From positions 131,626,001-131,690,000 of the forward strand of contig OX597816.1 in NCBI GenBank assembly GCA_951406725.2: 64,000 bases of DNA. The letters are read 5' to 3'. The stretch is from Octopus vulgaris (lineage: Eukaryota). Below, one piece after another: positions 40,905 through 53,666 of this stretch. Made by a program: the position numbers and the translations under genes. The notes beneath the pieces are model-generated. The model was not told the origin of the DNA. It worked only from the letters and a program-made list of their open reading frames with translations, and searched no databases. Position 1 is the first letter of the stretch. Each line of letters opens with the position of its first letter.

Positions 40905-43507
40905 TTCTACTCTAGGCACAAGGCCTGAAATTATCGGGGATGGGGCCAGTCAATTAGATCAACCCCAGTATGCAACTGGTACTTAATTTATTGACCCCAA
41001 AAGGATGAAAGGCAAAGTTGACCTCAGCAGAAATTGAACTCAGAACATAAAGACAGATGAAATACCACTAAGCATTTCGCCCAGCGTGCTAACGTTTCTG
41101 CCAGCTCACCATCTTGCCCTCACTCACTTCTACTACCTCATACTTTGAGGCATCACCGGGATACCTCATCACCACTATTTATTTATTTGGGAGCACTGCT
41201 GATTCATTTTCACTCTCTTCCCTAAATGTGAGAAGCTAAGTAGCTCCTCTACAAAAAGAACCTGCTCTGCTACCCCCATTTCTTTCAAACCCCAGCTAGC
41301 ATGAAGATATCACCCTCCTCCATTTGAACCACATGGTGACATAACTAGTGCTGGTGGCATGGAAAAAGTACCCAGCACACACAGTAAAGTGGTTGGTGTT
41401 AGGAAGGGCATCCACTCATTTCTTTTTTCTTTTTCCTTGTTGTCTTTTTCTTATTCTTTTGCTGTTTTGTAAATTACCTGGAGACCTCCCAAGTGCTGGT
41501 ACCACAAAAGCAAAAGGCACTCAGTATACATGGTAAAGTGATTGATTGGCATTAGGAAGAGTATCTGTTGTGGAAACCATACCAAAGCAGCCGCTGGGGC
41601 ACACTGCAGTCTTGGGACTCATTGGATCCTGTCAAGCTATCAAACCCATGCCAGCATGATGATAATAATGATATAAAGGTGGTGAGCTGGCAGAATCGTT
41701 AGCACACCAGGCGATATGCTTAACGGTATTCTGTCTGTCTTTATGTTCTGAGTTCAAATTCCACCGAGGTCAACTTTGCCTTTCATCCTTTCGGGGCTGA
41801 TTAATTAAGTACCAGTTGTGTACTGGGGTCAATCTAATTGACTGGTCCCCTTCCCTAAAATTTCAGACCTTGTGCCTAGAGTAGAAATAGATAATGATAT
41901 AAAACAGAGACTACATGTTTGAAGTTTTAAATTTTAATGTATCCTTTGGAGAATGAAGAAAGGATAACCATAGCCAGAACATTGATTAAAAGCCACAAAG
42001 CAAAACGAAGCAAAACAAAGCAAAACAAAAAAGACATACACTAGTATGCCATCCATATTTAAGTATGCAGAGAGCTTGTTTAGTGAGGTCACACATAAGC
42101 ATTAAATCAGTTTCTTCTGTGTTTTTAGGTCTCCTTCAGGAAAACTCACCACCACTACCACAACCACCATCACCACCACCACCAAACTTGCAAGCTACAC
42201 CACCACCACCACCACCACCACCAATCATCATCATCATCATCATCATCATTGGCCTGAACTTGTTCAGATTTTAGTATAATTTACATTTGTTTCTACAGAC
42301 TTTTTAATAATGATTGGAAATTTTCTAAGAAAAGCCTCAAAGTCTTCATTTATTTTTTCCCCAGTCACTAATTTCATTAGCAGTCTGTTGAAAAGGATAG
42401 TTGTTTATCAGCAGAGTAAAAAGGGCCCATGCCAATGCCACATGAAAAAGCACCTGTGCTGGTGCTACATAAAAAACACCCAGTAAACTCCTGTAAAGTG
42501 GTTGGCATTAGGAAGGGCATCCAGCCATAGAAACCAAGTCAAACGTTAGCACACCAGGTAAAATGCTTAGTGGTATTTCGTCTGTCTTTACGTTCTGAGT
42601 TCAAATTCCACTAAGGTCGACTTTGCCTTTCATCCTTTCGGGGCTGATAAATTAAGTACCAGATGTGTACTAGGGTTGATTTAATTGACTGGGTCCCTTC
42701 CCCAACATTTCGGGCCTTGTGCCTAGAGTAGAAAATAAAAGAGATGTCTGGAGCCTGGTACAGCTGTCTGAGTTGCCAGCTCCTGTCAAACTGTCCAGCC
42801 CATGCTAGAATGAAAAACACATTAAATGATAATGATGATGATGTGATGTGTTCACCCTTACTTTGAATGTTGTTTTGTTGCTGTAGTTCATACCAATCTT
42901 TTATCATTTATTTGTTTCAGTCATTAGATTGAGGCCATGCTGGAGCACCATCTAAAAGGGTTTAGTTGAACAAATTGGCCCAAGCACTAATTTTTCTAAA
43001 GTTTGGTACTCATTCTATCAGTCATTTTTGCTGTACCACTAAGTTACAGACATGCAAATTATGCAACACCAGTTCTCAAGTTGTGGTAAGACACAAGCAC
43101 AGAAACAAACACAAAACACACACATGCGTACATATATGATGGACTTCAACACAGTTTCCGTCTACCAAATTTACTCACAAAGCATTGGTTAACCCAGAGT
43201 TACAGTAGAAAACAATTGCTCAAGGTGCAGTGCAGCAGGACTGAACCTAAAACCATGTGGTTGCGAAGCAAGCTTCTTGACCACATAGTCAAGAACGCAT
43301 TTTCCTCTTTCTTTTTGCTTTTCTTTTTTATTCTTTTTTTACACTTTTCCAAGGTGTTGTTGTGTGGTAAGAAGCTTGCTTCTCAACCACATGGTTCAGG
43401 GTTCAGTCCCACTGTGTGGCATCTTGGGTCAACCAAAGCCTTGTGAGTATTTAATAGATGGAAACTGAAAGAAACATGTCATATATATATATATATATAT
43501 ATGTATT

Positions 43508-43549
<42 letters not shown>

Positions 43550-43871
43550 TTTTATCTTTTACATGTTACACCTATTTGACTGCAGCCATGCTGGGGCAAT
43601 GCTTTGAACAAATAAACCCCAGGACTTATTTGTTAGCTCTAGTACTTATTCTATTGTCAGCTATTTTGCTGAACTGCTAAGTCATGGGGACATAAACACA
43701 TCAACACCAGTTGTTAAGTAGTGGTGGGGGATATATATGATGGACTTCTTTCAGTTTCCGTCTACGAGATCTACTCACAAGGCTTTAGTCAGCCCAAGGC
43801 TATAGTAGAAGACACTTGCCCAAGGTGCCATGCAGTAAGACTGAACCAGGAACCATGTGGTTGGGGAGCAA

Positions 43872-43911
<40 letters not shown>

Positions 43912-44130
43912 ATGTGTCTGTTTGCCCTCTCCCCTTGCTTGACAATTGGTGCTGGTGTGTTTACATCCCTGTAACTCAGCAGTTTGGCAAAAGAGACTGA
44001 TAGGATAAGTACCAGGCTTTAAAAAAAACGTAAGTCTTGGGTGCGATATATTTGATGCCAAATTCTTCAAGACAGTGCCCCCAGTATGACCTTGGTCTAA
44101 TGACTGAAACAAGTAAAATATAAAAGATAT
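40905..44130. mobile_element. dense cluster of SINE A, B and C copies in both orientations
   Basis: B: 40905-41115(-), 41676-41890(+), 42542-42735(+, inside a C copy). A: 42905-43270(-), 43355-43480(+), 43548-43870(-), 43910-44130(+). Confidence 0.8.
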
Positions 44131-44726
44131 ATGCAACAGTAACAAGGAGAAAATGAAGGAGCTTTTACACAGTTGTTAAACATGTTAGACATAGCAGCTA
44201 ATTCTCTCTTAAATCACACCCTACTGAAAAAAAAAGTAGTGACATGTTAGACAAGGTTATCAAGAATACACTGTGACTAGAAACGAACAAAACAAAGTAG
44301 ATAGGGTGGTCATAGTTGGGATGTTTTTGATCATATGTTTATTCAATCACAGCCAACTCAGTGTTAAATAGCAGCAATACATGTTGATTACATAACTGTC
44401 CATGTTGCTTACAGTGGGACCTGTTTATAAACAGCTCAGCTAAGGTCAACTTAGCCTTTGGTTGCTTTTCTAGGATCAATAAAATATTTCCATGTAAAGC
44501 ATAGGAATATCTTTCCAGCTGTGAAAGGAGTTATTATAGAAGACTAACCCTCAATGACCTGTTGAACTATTGAAGATGAGAATGAAGAGACTTTGTTCAT
44601 ATAGATACCCTCTTGCTCTGATGATAACATACTGAAGCTTTACCTCACCATCATCGCTATACAGGCATATGTAATTCTTGTTGTTCATTATTGCATACAC
44701 ACTATGTAAAACAATGTACAGGTGTA

Positions 44727-44946
44727 CCCTTTTGTTACTGTATTTATTTTGAGATGCTCTGTGGTTCTTTCAATTACTTTAAATATAACAAAGAATTTAG
44801 TAAAATTATTTGGTTATCATTAAGCTAGTGTTAGGAACATAAATTGTGACTAAGGTTTGGTGTAAGATTTTAATTCAAAACTTATGAAAACAATACATTT
44901 GTACTCAGAACCAGAGCCGGTTTCAGCTGGGTTGGTAACGAAAGGG
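44727..44946 (+). mobile_element. piggyBac-type MITE, close copy of 26098-26318
   Basis: Near-identical body; right end GGTAACGAAAGGG|TTAA; left TSD mutated. Confidence 0.9.
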
Positions 44947-45056
44947 TTAACTGGTGCTCATTACACTGTTCTGTCTACGTGTTTCTAATGTAACTATTAT
45001 TCTGATGGGTTTATTGTTTATCTCTTTCTCTGATTGTTTTTTGTTTTATTCTAGAA

Positions 45057-45694
45057 CTAGCAGTATCGCCCGGCGTTGCTCGGGTTTGTAAGGGAAATGA
45101 CTATATAAGCATTTTTAGAGAGTTATAGCCAAAAAATAGCAAAAAATGCATTAAAAATGGAAAAAATATGATGGTAAATTTTTTTTAAAATCGTTGACTC
45201 ATCGTAGACATTTTTAGAGAGTTATTTCCCTTATATAATAGCGAAAAAATGCATTAAAATGGAAAAAAAACGATGGTAAATTTTTTTTTTAAATCGTAGA
45301 CTCATGTAGACGCTTTCTTAGCCATTTCTGTTTTGGTGTCTTCAAGCCATGAAGTCGTTGTTCTAAAAGAACACTGGTCTCCTTGACAACGCATTACGAC
45401 GTTGATTTCCTTACACTCCCTTCCCCACAGGTGCAGGTGTGAGCATGGACGCCAACTCCGCCGCCATCGACACACGAAAAATTATGCATTAAAATGGAAT
45501 AAAAAATGATGTTAAATTATTTTTAAAATCGTAGACTCATCGTAGACACGCGCTAATATTCAGACGAGCTCGATATGAATCACGACTATAAGCTACCCGA
45601 ATTTGGTTAAACTGTACCGCAAAATGTGGGAGTAGTTAGGAATCTAAATCGAAGGGGACAGACACTCACACAACTACAGTTTTATATATATAGA
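45057..45694 (-). mobile_element. complete non-autonomous Helitron with three internal repeats of roughly 75-100 bp
   Basis: Minus strand A|TCTATATATATAAAA ... CCCGAGCAACGCCGGG hairpin ... CTAG|T. Repeat ATGCATTAAAATGGAA...AATCGTAGACTCATCGTAGAC occurs three times. Confidence 0.9.
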
Positions 45695-45717
45695 TATACA
45701 TAGCGCAGTAGTGGTGA

Positions 45718-46070
45718 GATATGACAGCAAAGAAAAGCATACATTCACTCTCTGCATGCAATTAGACTCGGAAAGTTCGTGAGGAACCCATTGACCCAAT
45801 TTGCTGACTTTTCCGATAGCACACAGGTGTCAATGAATGGTTGAATGACCAAATCCAAGCTTCTCTGCTAGTTCCTCAACAGTTACGATGATATTTTGTT
45901 CCACCAGGGTTTTCAGGATGTCCTTGTCGAGTTCTACAGATCTTTCAGGATGAGGCTCGTCTTCTAGGCTGTAGTTTATGGCTCGGGATTTCTGGAACCA
46001 CCATTGACACTGCCTTACGCTTATTGTCCAATCCCCATATACTGCATTAATATTTCTTGTACTTTGCACA
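45718..46070 (-). pseudogene. mariner transposase N-terminal fragment
   Basis: RNINAVYGDWTISVRQCQWWFQK..YSLEDEPH...VTVEELAEKLGFGHSTIH*HLCAIGKVSKLGQWVPHEL (two HTH regions plus WVPHEL). Confidence 0.9.
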
Positions 46071-46479
46071 CATTTATATTCTGTTATTCTTTTATATGTT
46101 TCAGCCTTGAGGTTGTGGCCATGCTGGATCATGTGTGTGTGTGTGTGTGTGTGTGTCTATCTGTCTGTCTGTCTGTATGTATATATGTATATGTATGTGT
46201 GTGAACAATAATATTTTCAACAGATGTGTTGCAAATGTATCTGATTGTTCTCAAGCTTCAATACTGTGTGTGTGTGTATGTGTGTGTGTGTATGTATGTA
46301 TGTATATGTATGTATGTATGTATATGTATGTATGTATGTATGTATGTGTGTATGTATGTATGTGTGTGTGTATGTGTGTGTGTGTGTGTATGTGTGTGTG
46401 TGTATGTATGTATGTATGTATGTATGTATGTATGTATGTATGTATGTATGTATGTATGTATGTTTACTTTATTACTAAT

Positions 46480-46878
46480 TACTCTCTTCCAAGAACATTT
46501 TCACTCACTCTTAGCTCTTAGCTTCCCATACATTTTACTCATGTATCTATCAGCGTCATAGACAGAATACTTTCACTTTAGTCTTCCTCAAATCATTCTG
46601 TCGCTATTTACTTTCATTTTATTCGTTGCCCACTGTGTGTGTGCGTTTGCGTGTGGTGTAAACCAGACTAAGAAAAGCATTTGACACACACACCAGAATG
46701 TGAGTTTTCTGTAAATTTTGCTTAATTGGAGTTTAAATTTTAAAAACTGGACCTGGCATGACGCGATGCATTGTACTCTTAAAACTGCTAGGTAAATTGT
46801 AATTGAAGAAATCCTATATTGTAGATTTGTATAACTCCCAAAGGGAGGCAGATAAAATCTGCCTTTTATAATAAGAGA
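46480..46878 (-). mobile_element. 5' portion of another non-autonomous Helitron-like family
   Basis: Minus strand starts A|TCTCTTATTATAAAAGGCAGATTTTATCTGCCT (5' palindrome); 3' end not found. Confidence 0.55.
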
Positions 46879-46954
46879 TTAAACTTATACATTATTATTA
46901 TTCTTCAGTAGTCTTATTTTTATCATGTGCTTTCACTGCACTACTGAGTGCTGC

Positions 46955-47005
<51 letters not shown>

Positions 47006-47046
47006 CATTATTATTATTATCATTATTATTATTATTATTATCATTA

Positions 47047-47425
47047 TTACCTCCACCTTAGTGAAAGTGGAGGTATTGTTTTCAGTGGTGTTTGTTTGTT
47101 GGTTTGTTTGTTTGTCTGTGGACAAGATATCTCAAGAACTGCTGGATGGATTTAGATGAAACTTTCAGGGATGTTTGGCCTCATGACCAGCATGAACTGA
47201 TTAGATTTTGGGATTGATCAGGTACCAGACAAGGAATCTAGATTATTTTTTCCTGTTTTATTTTTACTTAATTTTTGTGAGCGGTTGGGTTCATTTTTAG
47301 TATCCTTGTTTGTGAGAGCAGTTGAATTTATTTCAAATATTCTCATTTTAAAAATCTTCTCTGGCTAATCATTGAGAGGACGTTGATGTTGCCTTGGTGG
47401 AGGTTTGCGCTCTCTGAATGCTATT
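47047..47425 (+). mobile_element. HINE/DINE-like non-autonomous Helentron
   Basis: 5' ACCTCCAC..GTGGAGGT palindrome, GTTT/GTCT tract, 3' subterminal inverted repeat GGTGGAGGT followed by a short stem-loop, T-rich flanks. Confidence 0.8.
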
Positions 47426-47560
47426 GTTATTATCTGCTGAGGTTGGCTTTGCTTGTTATCCTTTTGAAGTTAATAAAATAAATACCAGTGAACACTAGGG
47501 TCAATGTAATCGACTCATTCCCTCCCACAAAACTGGTGCCCTTTTGGTAAAATTTGACAC

Positions 47561-47603
<43 letters not shown>

Positions 47604-47924
47604 GTGAGTGCATTTAGTAGATGGAAACTGAAAGAAGCCTGTCATATATATATATATATATATATATGTGGCGTGGCTGTGTGGTATGAAGCTTGCTTCC
47701 CAACCACATAGTTCCAAGTTCAGTCCCACTGCATGGCACCTTGGGCAAGTGTCTTCTGCTGTAGCCTTGAGCTGACCAAAGCCTTGTAAGTGGATTTCGT
47801 AGACGGAAACTGAAAGAAGCATGTCGTATATATATACATCTATGTGTGTATGTCTCTGTGTCTGTGTTTGTCCCCCATCACTGCTTGATAACCAGTGTTG
47901 TTGTGTTTATGTCGCCGTAACTTG

Positions 47925-48225
47925 TGAGGGTGCATGGCTTTGTGGTTAGGGTGTTGCAGTCACAATCTTACAATCGTGATTTCAATTCCTAAACTAGTTA
48001 GCACATTGCGTTCTTGAACAAAACACTTCATCTCTTATTGCTCTGTGATCATTTTGATACCTGACGCATGGTACACCATACACCTGCTCAAACTATGTTG
48101 ATTTGATGGAGAGAGTGAGATAATGGGTGGTGGCATGAACATTTGATCACTATCAACAAATCATTTGTGCAGGTCATTCAGCAAAAAGCTGAATGCTCAT
48201 GTGTTGTCTTTGACGAGAGAGTCCA
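47925..48225 (+). mobile_element. old SINE D-like copy inserted in a SINE A (47668-47920)
   Basis: GCATGGCTTTGTGGTTAGGG head and GTTCTTGAACAAAACACTT core. Confidence 0.7.
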
Positions 48226-48508
48226 TCATCATCATCATTATTATTATTGTTATTATTATTATTATGGTGCCAAGTTGGAAGAATTGTTAGCATTGTGGGA
48301 AAAATGTTTAGCTGCATTTCATCCTTTATTTTTTCTTAGTTCAAATTCCACTGAGGTTAACTTTGCCTTTCATTCTTTTGAGATCAATGGAATAAGTACC
48401 AGTTGGACACTGGGGTCAATGTAATTGGACCTACCTCCTCTCTTGAAATTGCTAGTCTTGTGCCTAAATTTGTGTTATAAACCCAAACTCGAATATCAAA
48501 GTTTAAAA

Positions 48509-48762
48509 GGTTTCACGTACAGTCTCTCCAGAGTTTGAATTGCTTCTGAATAATTTTCACATTCACTTATGAGTTCGTAAATGTCTTTATCTATGTGCGC
48601 TATTAAACATCTAAGTTTGCTTTCATCCATGATAGACGGTTCAGCATGAAATGATTCTAAAAAATTTTTTTAAGTTCTGAGCCAATATTTCCATTCTTTT
48701 GAAGCTCGACTTGAACTTGGATCAGTGGTGAACAAATTTGGTTTTATAAATTTGCTGTCCAT
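48509..48762 (-). pseudogene. Gypsy-type LTR retrotransposon Gag N-terminus (absent from the ORF track)
   Basis: Hand translation MDSKFIKPNLFTTDPSSSRASKEWKYWLRT*KNFLESF...KLRCLIAHIDKDIYELISECENY/SEAIQTLERLYVKP, with one stop and one frameshift. Confidence 0.78.
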
Positions 48763-49117
48763 TCTCTCTCTCTCTCTCTCTCTAGCTATATTTAGTCGAT
48801 TAAATTGTTATTTAATTATTATTATTTTTTGGTAAGGTGGTGAGCTGACAGCATCGTTAGCAAGCTGACCAAAATGATTAGTCGCACCTTGTCTCTACAT
48901 TCTGAGTTCAAATTCCTCCAGGATCAACTTTGCCTTTCATCCTTTCGGGGTTGGTAAATTAAGTACCAGTGAAATACTGGTGTTGATGTAATCAACTAGT
49001 CCCTGCCCCCCAAATTTCAGGCCTTGTGCCTTTAGTAGAAAGGATTATTATTATTATTGGTTGCTGATGTGGCCTTGTTACTATTGTCTATTCCTCAATT
49101 CTCTGTCTGTTTGTTTG

Positions 49118-49169
<52 letters not shown>

Positions 49170-50462
49170 CTTCTTCTTTTTCTTTCGTCTCTGTCTCTGA
49201 CTGTATATCTGTCCCCCTGTCTCTCCCTCTCTCTCTCTCCTTCCGTCTTCCTCCTCACCTATACTCTCTCTCTCTCTATCTCTATCTCTCTCTGAATACA
49301 AAGTGTTACTCTCTTTCTCTTTTCTTTTCCTCTGTCTTATTTGTCTCAAACCCTTGTATTGGGCCAAACAATAAAAAAACAAAAAAACAGAAAAGAACAA
49401 AAACAAAAAACTGCAATGTATTTGTTTTAAGTAGACATCAGCTGAAATGACATGCTATTATATTAGACCACTGAGATGGATGGATAGAGGAGTGGTGGTG
49501 GTGGCGGTGGTCATAATGCAGAATGGTGATGGCAGTGGTAGCTGATATGGAGCATGATTCACTCTTCCTTTGTTAATCTCTCCTTCCATGTCAATTTCAT
49601 CACTCTGCACCACAAAAACTTAATTACAGGTTTTCAAGCCTCTATAAGAGCAAGAAATCTCCAGATCTTCCTTCCGTTTTCCTTTTTAATGGGAAAGATG
49701 CTCTTTACAAAAATGGATGTGGTGTCATGTTCAAAAAAAAAAAAAAAAAAGAAAAAAATTCTAGGATGTTATTATGTTTTCTGTTATTATTGTTGTTATT
49801 GTTCTCTCTCTCACTCTCTTTTTCTCTCTCTGTGTCTGTCTCATTTTGTTCAAGTTTATACCCTTTTCTTTTCTTTCAGTTGTAACTACCTAAATACTTA
49901 CCTACCCTCCTATCTTCCTACCTACATACCTGCATACCAATTAATCTATTAATCTGTTTGTCTGTCTGCTTTTCTGTCTAGGTGTCTGTATCTTTGTCAT
50001 CTATCTATTTGCCTATAATATGCATACTATAATATATCTATCCTTCTACCTGTCCATTCATGTCTGCCTCTGTTTCTTCCCTTTCACTGTTTCTTTCTTT
50101 GTGTTCATCGTTCCCTGAGTTCATTACTCACACCTATTTTCTCAAAACCTATTTTCTCCATTCACCAATTCAGAATACTACTTACTAAGCCATGTTACAA
50201 ATGTTTCTTGATTATTTTCCTCCATTGCAAAACTATGACCATTTCAGACAATATAGAAAAAAAATGTAATCTTAGTAACCATGATAAAATTATATTAGCA
50301 TTTTCTATCTTGTCATATTTTCTTTATAAATATATATATATACACACACACAAACACACATATGTAAACTATATATATATACATATATATATACATATAT
50401 ATACAAATATGTATATACGTATACACACGTACATATGTAAATTATAAATATATATATATATA

Positions 50463-51475
50463 TCTATTTCTTTACTACCCACAAGGGGCTAAACATAGAG
50501 GTGACAAACAAGGACAAAAGAAGGGATTAAGTCGATTACATCGACCCAGTGCAAAACTGGTACTTTATTTATCGACCCCGAGAGGATGAAAGGCAAAGTC
50601 GACCTCGGTGGAATTTGAACTCAGAACATAACGACAGACAAAATACCACCAAGCATTTCGCCCGGCACACTATATATACCATCATCATCGTTTAATGTCC
50701 GTTTTCTATGCTGGCATGGGTTGGACGGTTTGCCTGGGGTCTGGGAAGCCAGGAGGCTGCACAAGGACCCAATCTGATCTGGCAGTGTTTCTACAGCTGG
50801 ATGCTCTTCTAGAGGAGCTGGCATCGACCATGATCGGATGGTGCTTTTCACATGCCACCGTCACGGAAGCCAGTCAAGGCCACATTCAGATGGTGCTTTT
50901 TACGTGCTACCAACACGGGGCTCACAACTACAATTTCCATTTGATTTGATTGAGTAGAGATGGTTTTTTGGGGGGAGATAATTTTTATTTTAATAATAAT
51001 AATCATCATCCTCATCATCGGTTAATGTCCCCTTTCCATGCTGGCATGGGTTGGACAGTTTGATTGAGGACTGGCAAGCCAGATGGCTGCACCAGGCTCC
51101 AGTCTGATCTGGCAGAGTTTCTACAGCTGGATGCCCTTGCTAACACCAACTACTTCAAGAGTGTAATGGGTGCTTTTACATGCCACCGGCATGAGGGCCA
51201 GTCAGGCGGTACTGGTAACAGCCACACTTGAATGGTATTTTTACGTGCCACCTGCACTGGAGCCAGTCCAGCGGCACTGGTAACAACCTCGCTCGAATGT
51301 TCTTTTTCACGTGCCAGTAAGGTGATGCTGGTAACAATCACTCTCAAATGGTGCTTTTTACATGCCACTGGCATGGGAGCCAGTCAGTGACCTTGGCAAT
51401 GATCACAACAGATGGTGCTCTTAATGTTCCACTAGCATGGATGCCAGTCAGGTGGTGCTGTCATCGACCACATCA
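50463..51475 (-). mobile_element. SINE B (50463-50668) and two SINE C copies, the second with about five 55-60-bp tandem subrepeats
   Basis: Unit GGTGCTTTTTACGTGCCAC..GCA..GGAGCCAGTCA repeated over 51169-51475. Confidence 0.85.
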
Positions 51476-51566
51476 GCGAATTTGATTTTGATTTCACTTG
51501 CCTCAACAGGTCTTCACAAGCAGAGTTTAGTGTCCAATGAAAGAAAGGTACGCATAAGTGGGCTGG

Positions 51567-52046
51567 TTACATTTCTAAATATCTCAGAGAGATATAAGCA
51601 GTAGTGGTACGATAGAGTAGTTGTATACAGTCCCATGAAGGGAATCACACTACTGCTATTTAGCCCTAGGAAGTATCAACTCTTTAGAAATGTAATATTT
51701 CTATTTTTGAAATCAGTGGATTTATTTCACTGAAATTCTTATATGTTTACAAGGGCTAGACAGGCATCTCCAACTAGCAGGCCATGCTACTCCAGACTGA
51801 TGATGAGCAAAGACTCAGAAACTAGTCTCTGGATACAGGCTTAACTGGGTGGAGGTGCTTGTCTCCCCCTTGTAAACATAAGGACACAGGAAATGTGTCA
51901 AGGCTGACAGGAAGCGTTGATGCTTCCTAGGGCTAAATAGCAGTGGTGTGATTCCCTTCATGGGACTGTCACATTAAGTTGACAGTATACAACTACTCTA
52001 TCATACCACTACTGCTTATATCTCTCTGAGATATTTAGAAATGTAA

Positions 52047-52051
<5 letters not shown>
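51567..52051 (+). mobile_element. retrozyme-like / Penelope-dependent non-autonomous element
   Basis: 351-nt unit bounded by the direct repeat TTTAGAAATGTAATATTT (51683, 52034), inverted copy of its 3' part (51567-51680 versus 51916-52046), internal hammerhead, followed by (TA)n. Confidence 0.8.
51791..51833 (+). ncRNA. type I hammerhead ribozyme
   Basis: TCCAGA-CTGATGA-TGAG-CAAAGA-CTCA-GAAA-C-TA-G-TC-TCTGGA: 6-bp stem I, 4-bp stem II, minimal palindromic stem III (ACTAGT), predicted cleavage after GUC at 51827. Confidence 0.88.
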
Positions 52052-52094
<43 letters not shown>

Positions 52095-53666
52095 ATCTAT
52101 ATTTGTCAGTTGTTGATAAGCACATCACTTCCATATCCTACCTCAACTGTAAGATTTAGTAGTTGCATTTCTTTGATAGTGTCTCTCCTTCTCTTTCCCA
52201 TCCCCCCCCCTTCCCCTCTCTATATATATATGCCTTTTGGTTGTCATTAATAAGGGTGCTAAACTGTCAAAGTTTCTGTTTCAATTACTTACATTCTGGT
52301 ACTTGAATTATCACACTACAGCTGGTTTAGTAATAACTTTAATGTGCCAATAGATTCCTGGAGTCATTGTTGGTTCTCTGATGATTCAATAACTTTCAAT
52401 TGCTGGCTAATAAGTTGATTTCTTCTGAGGCATGCAGCTATAGAAATGACAAACATAATACTTCTTTACATATTTAGTCATGTGGAAGGTACACTTTAAT
52501 GGTATCTGAAGTGGGAAATGTACTTTTGAGCATTAATGTGTTGTATTTGAGCTTATATTAATGTCAACTATTGTTCAGGTATAAATATGTTCACTGAAGT
52601 TTTTGGAACTGTTATGGAAATTGTGTCTTGTTGGAAAGATTATATTACCGAACAAGGTTAATAGTTTAGAACCTTGAAGTTAGGGAACTGTTCCCTAAGG
52701 ACTGGGTACAATGTACAATGTGATTGTTTTTGCTTGAGATAAGAAAGAAATATGTTTGTCAGATGAACTGTTTTAGGACATGTGAGAGACCCATGGTTAT
52801 TGGAAAAGGTAAACATAATATGGGTGTTAAGATTTAAAAAAAAAAAAGGATTTCCAGGACGTACAAGCAATAAAAAAGTGGTTTCAGTTAAGGGAACACC
52901 CAGGAGATTGATGATGGAGGCTGGAAATTACATGTATATGTGTACAAACATTAAACACATGCACTCACACCCACACACACATACACACACTCATACACAC
53001 ACACGCACACACATACACACACACACCCACACACACACATACACACACACACACGCGCGAAATGTTTGAGCAATATAATCTTACAAACAGTTTGTTCTAG
53101 CACAACTTAAAATCTGCAGACATAAGTTGTACACATACCACCACCAGCAGCACCACCAGCACCACCAGCACCAGTACCACCAAAACCACCACCACTACCA
53201 CCACCACCACCACCACCACTGTTACTACTCTTACTACTATTACCACTATCATCACTGTTACAACCACAGTTCTACCTCAACAAATGTCCCCTTGTACCAC
53301 TGTTGCCACAAGCATCACCACAACACCAACACTACCACCACCACCTACCACCACCACCACCACCACTACCAGCATCAGCATCAGCATCAAAAGATTTATT
53401 AAATATGTAATACAAACATCTATAGTGTATAGAACATTTTTAAGGACCCATGCTAAGTTTTGGGTTTGATGGTTATTAAAAAAATAAAAGAGAAATTTCT
53501 CCTTGAGTAGGATGCTAGTTTATTGCTTGTAGCCTTTCCAGATAATCTAACACTAATACAGAATAATGTGTGCTGTCTAGAAAACACACTGAGATGACTC
53601 CACTGGATTTTAATTCATAACTTAAGAGCAGGAAGTTCTATTCCTTATCCAAATCTCTACATTTAA

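Noticed and set aside
51169-51475. CRISPR-like regularly spaced repeats
   Set aside because: The whole units are homologous (no unique spacers); they are SINE C subrepeats in eukaryotic DNA with no cas genes.
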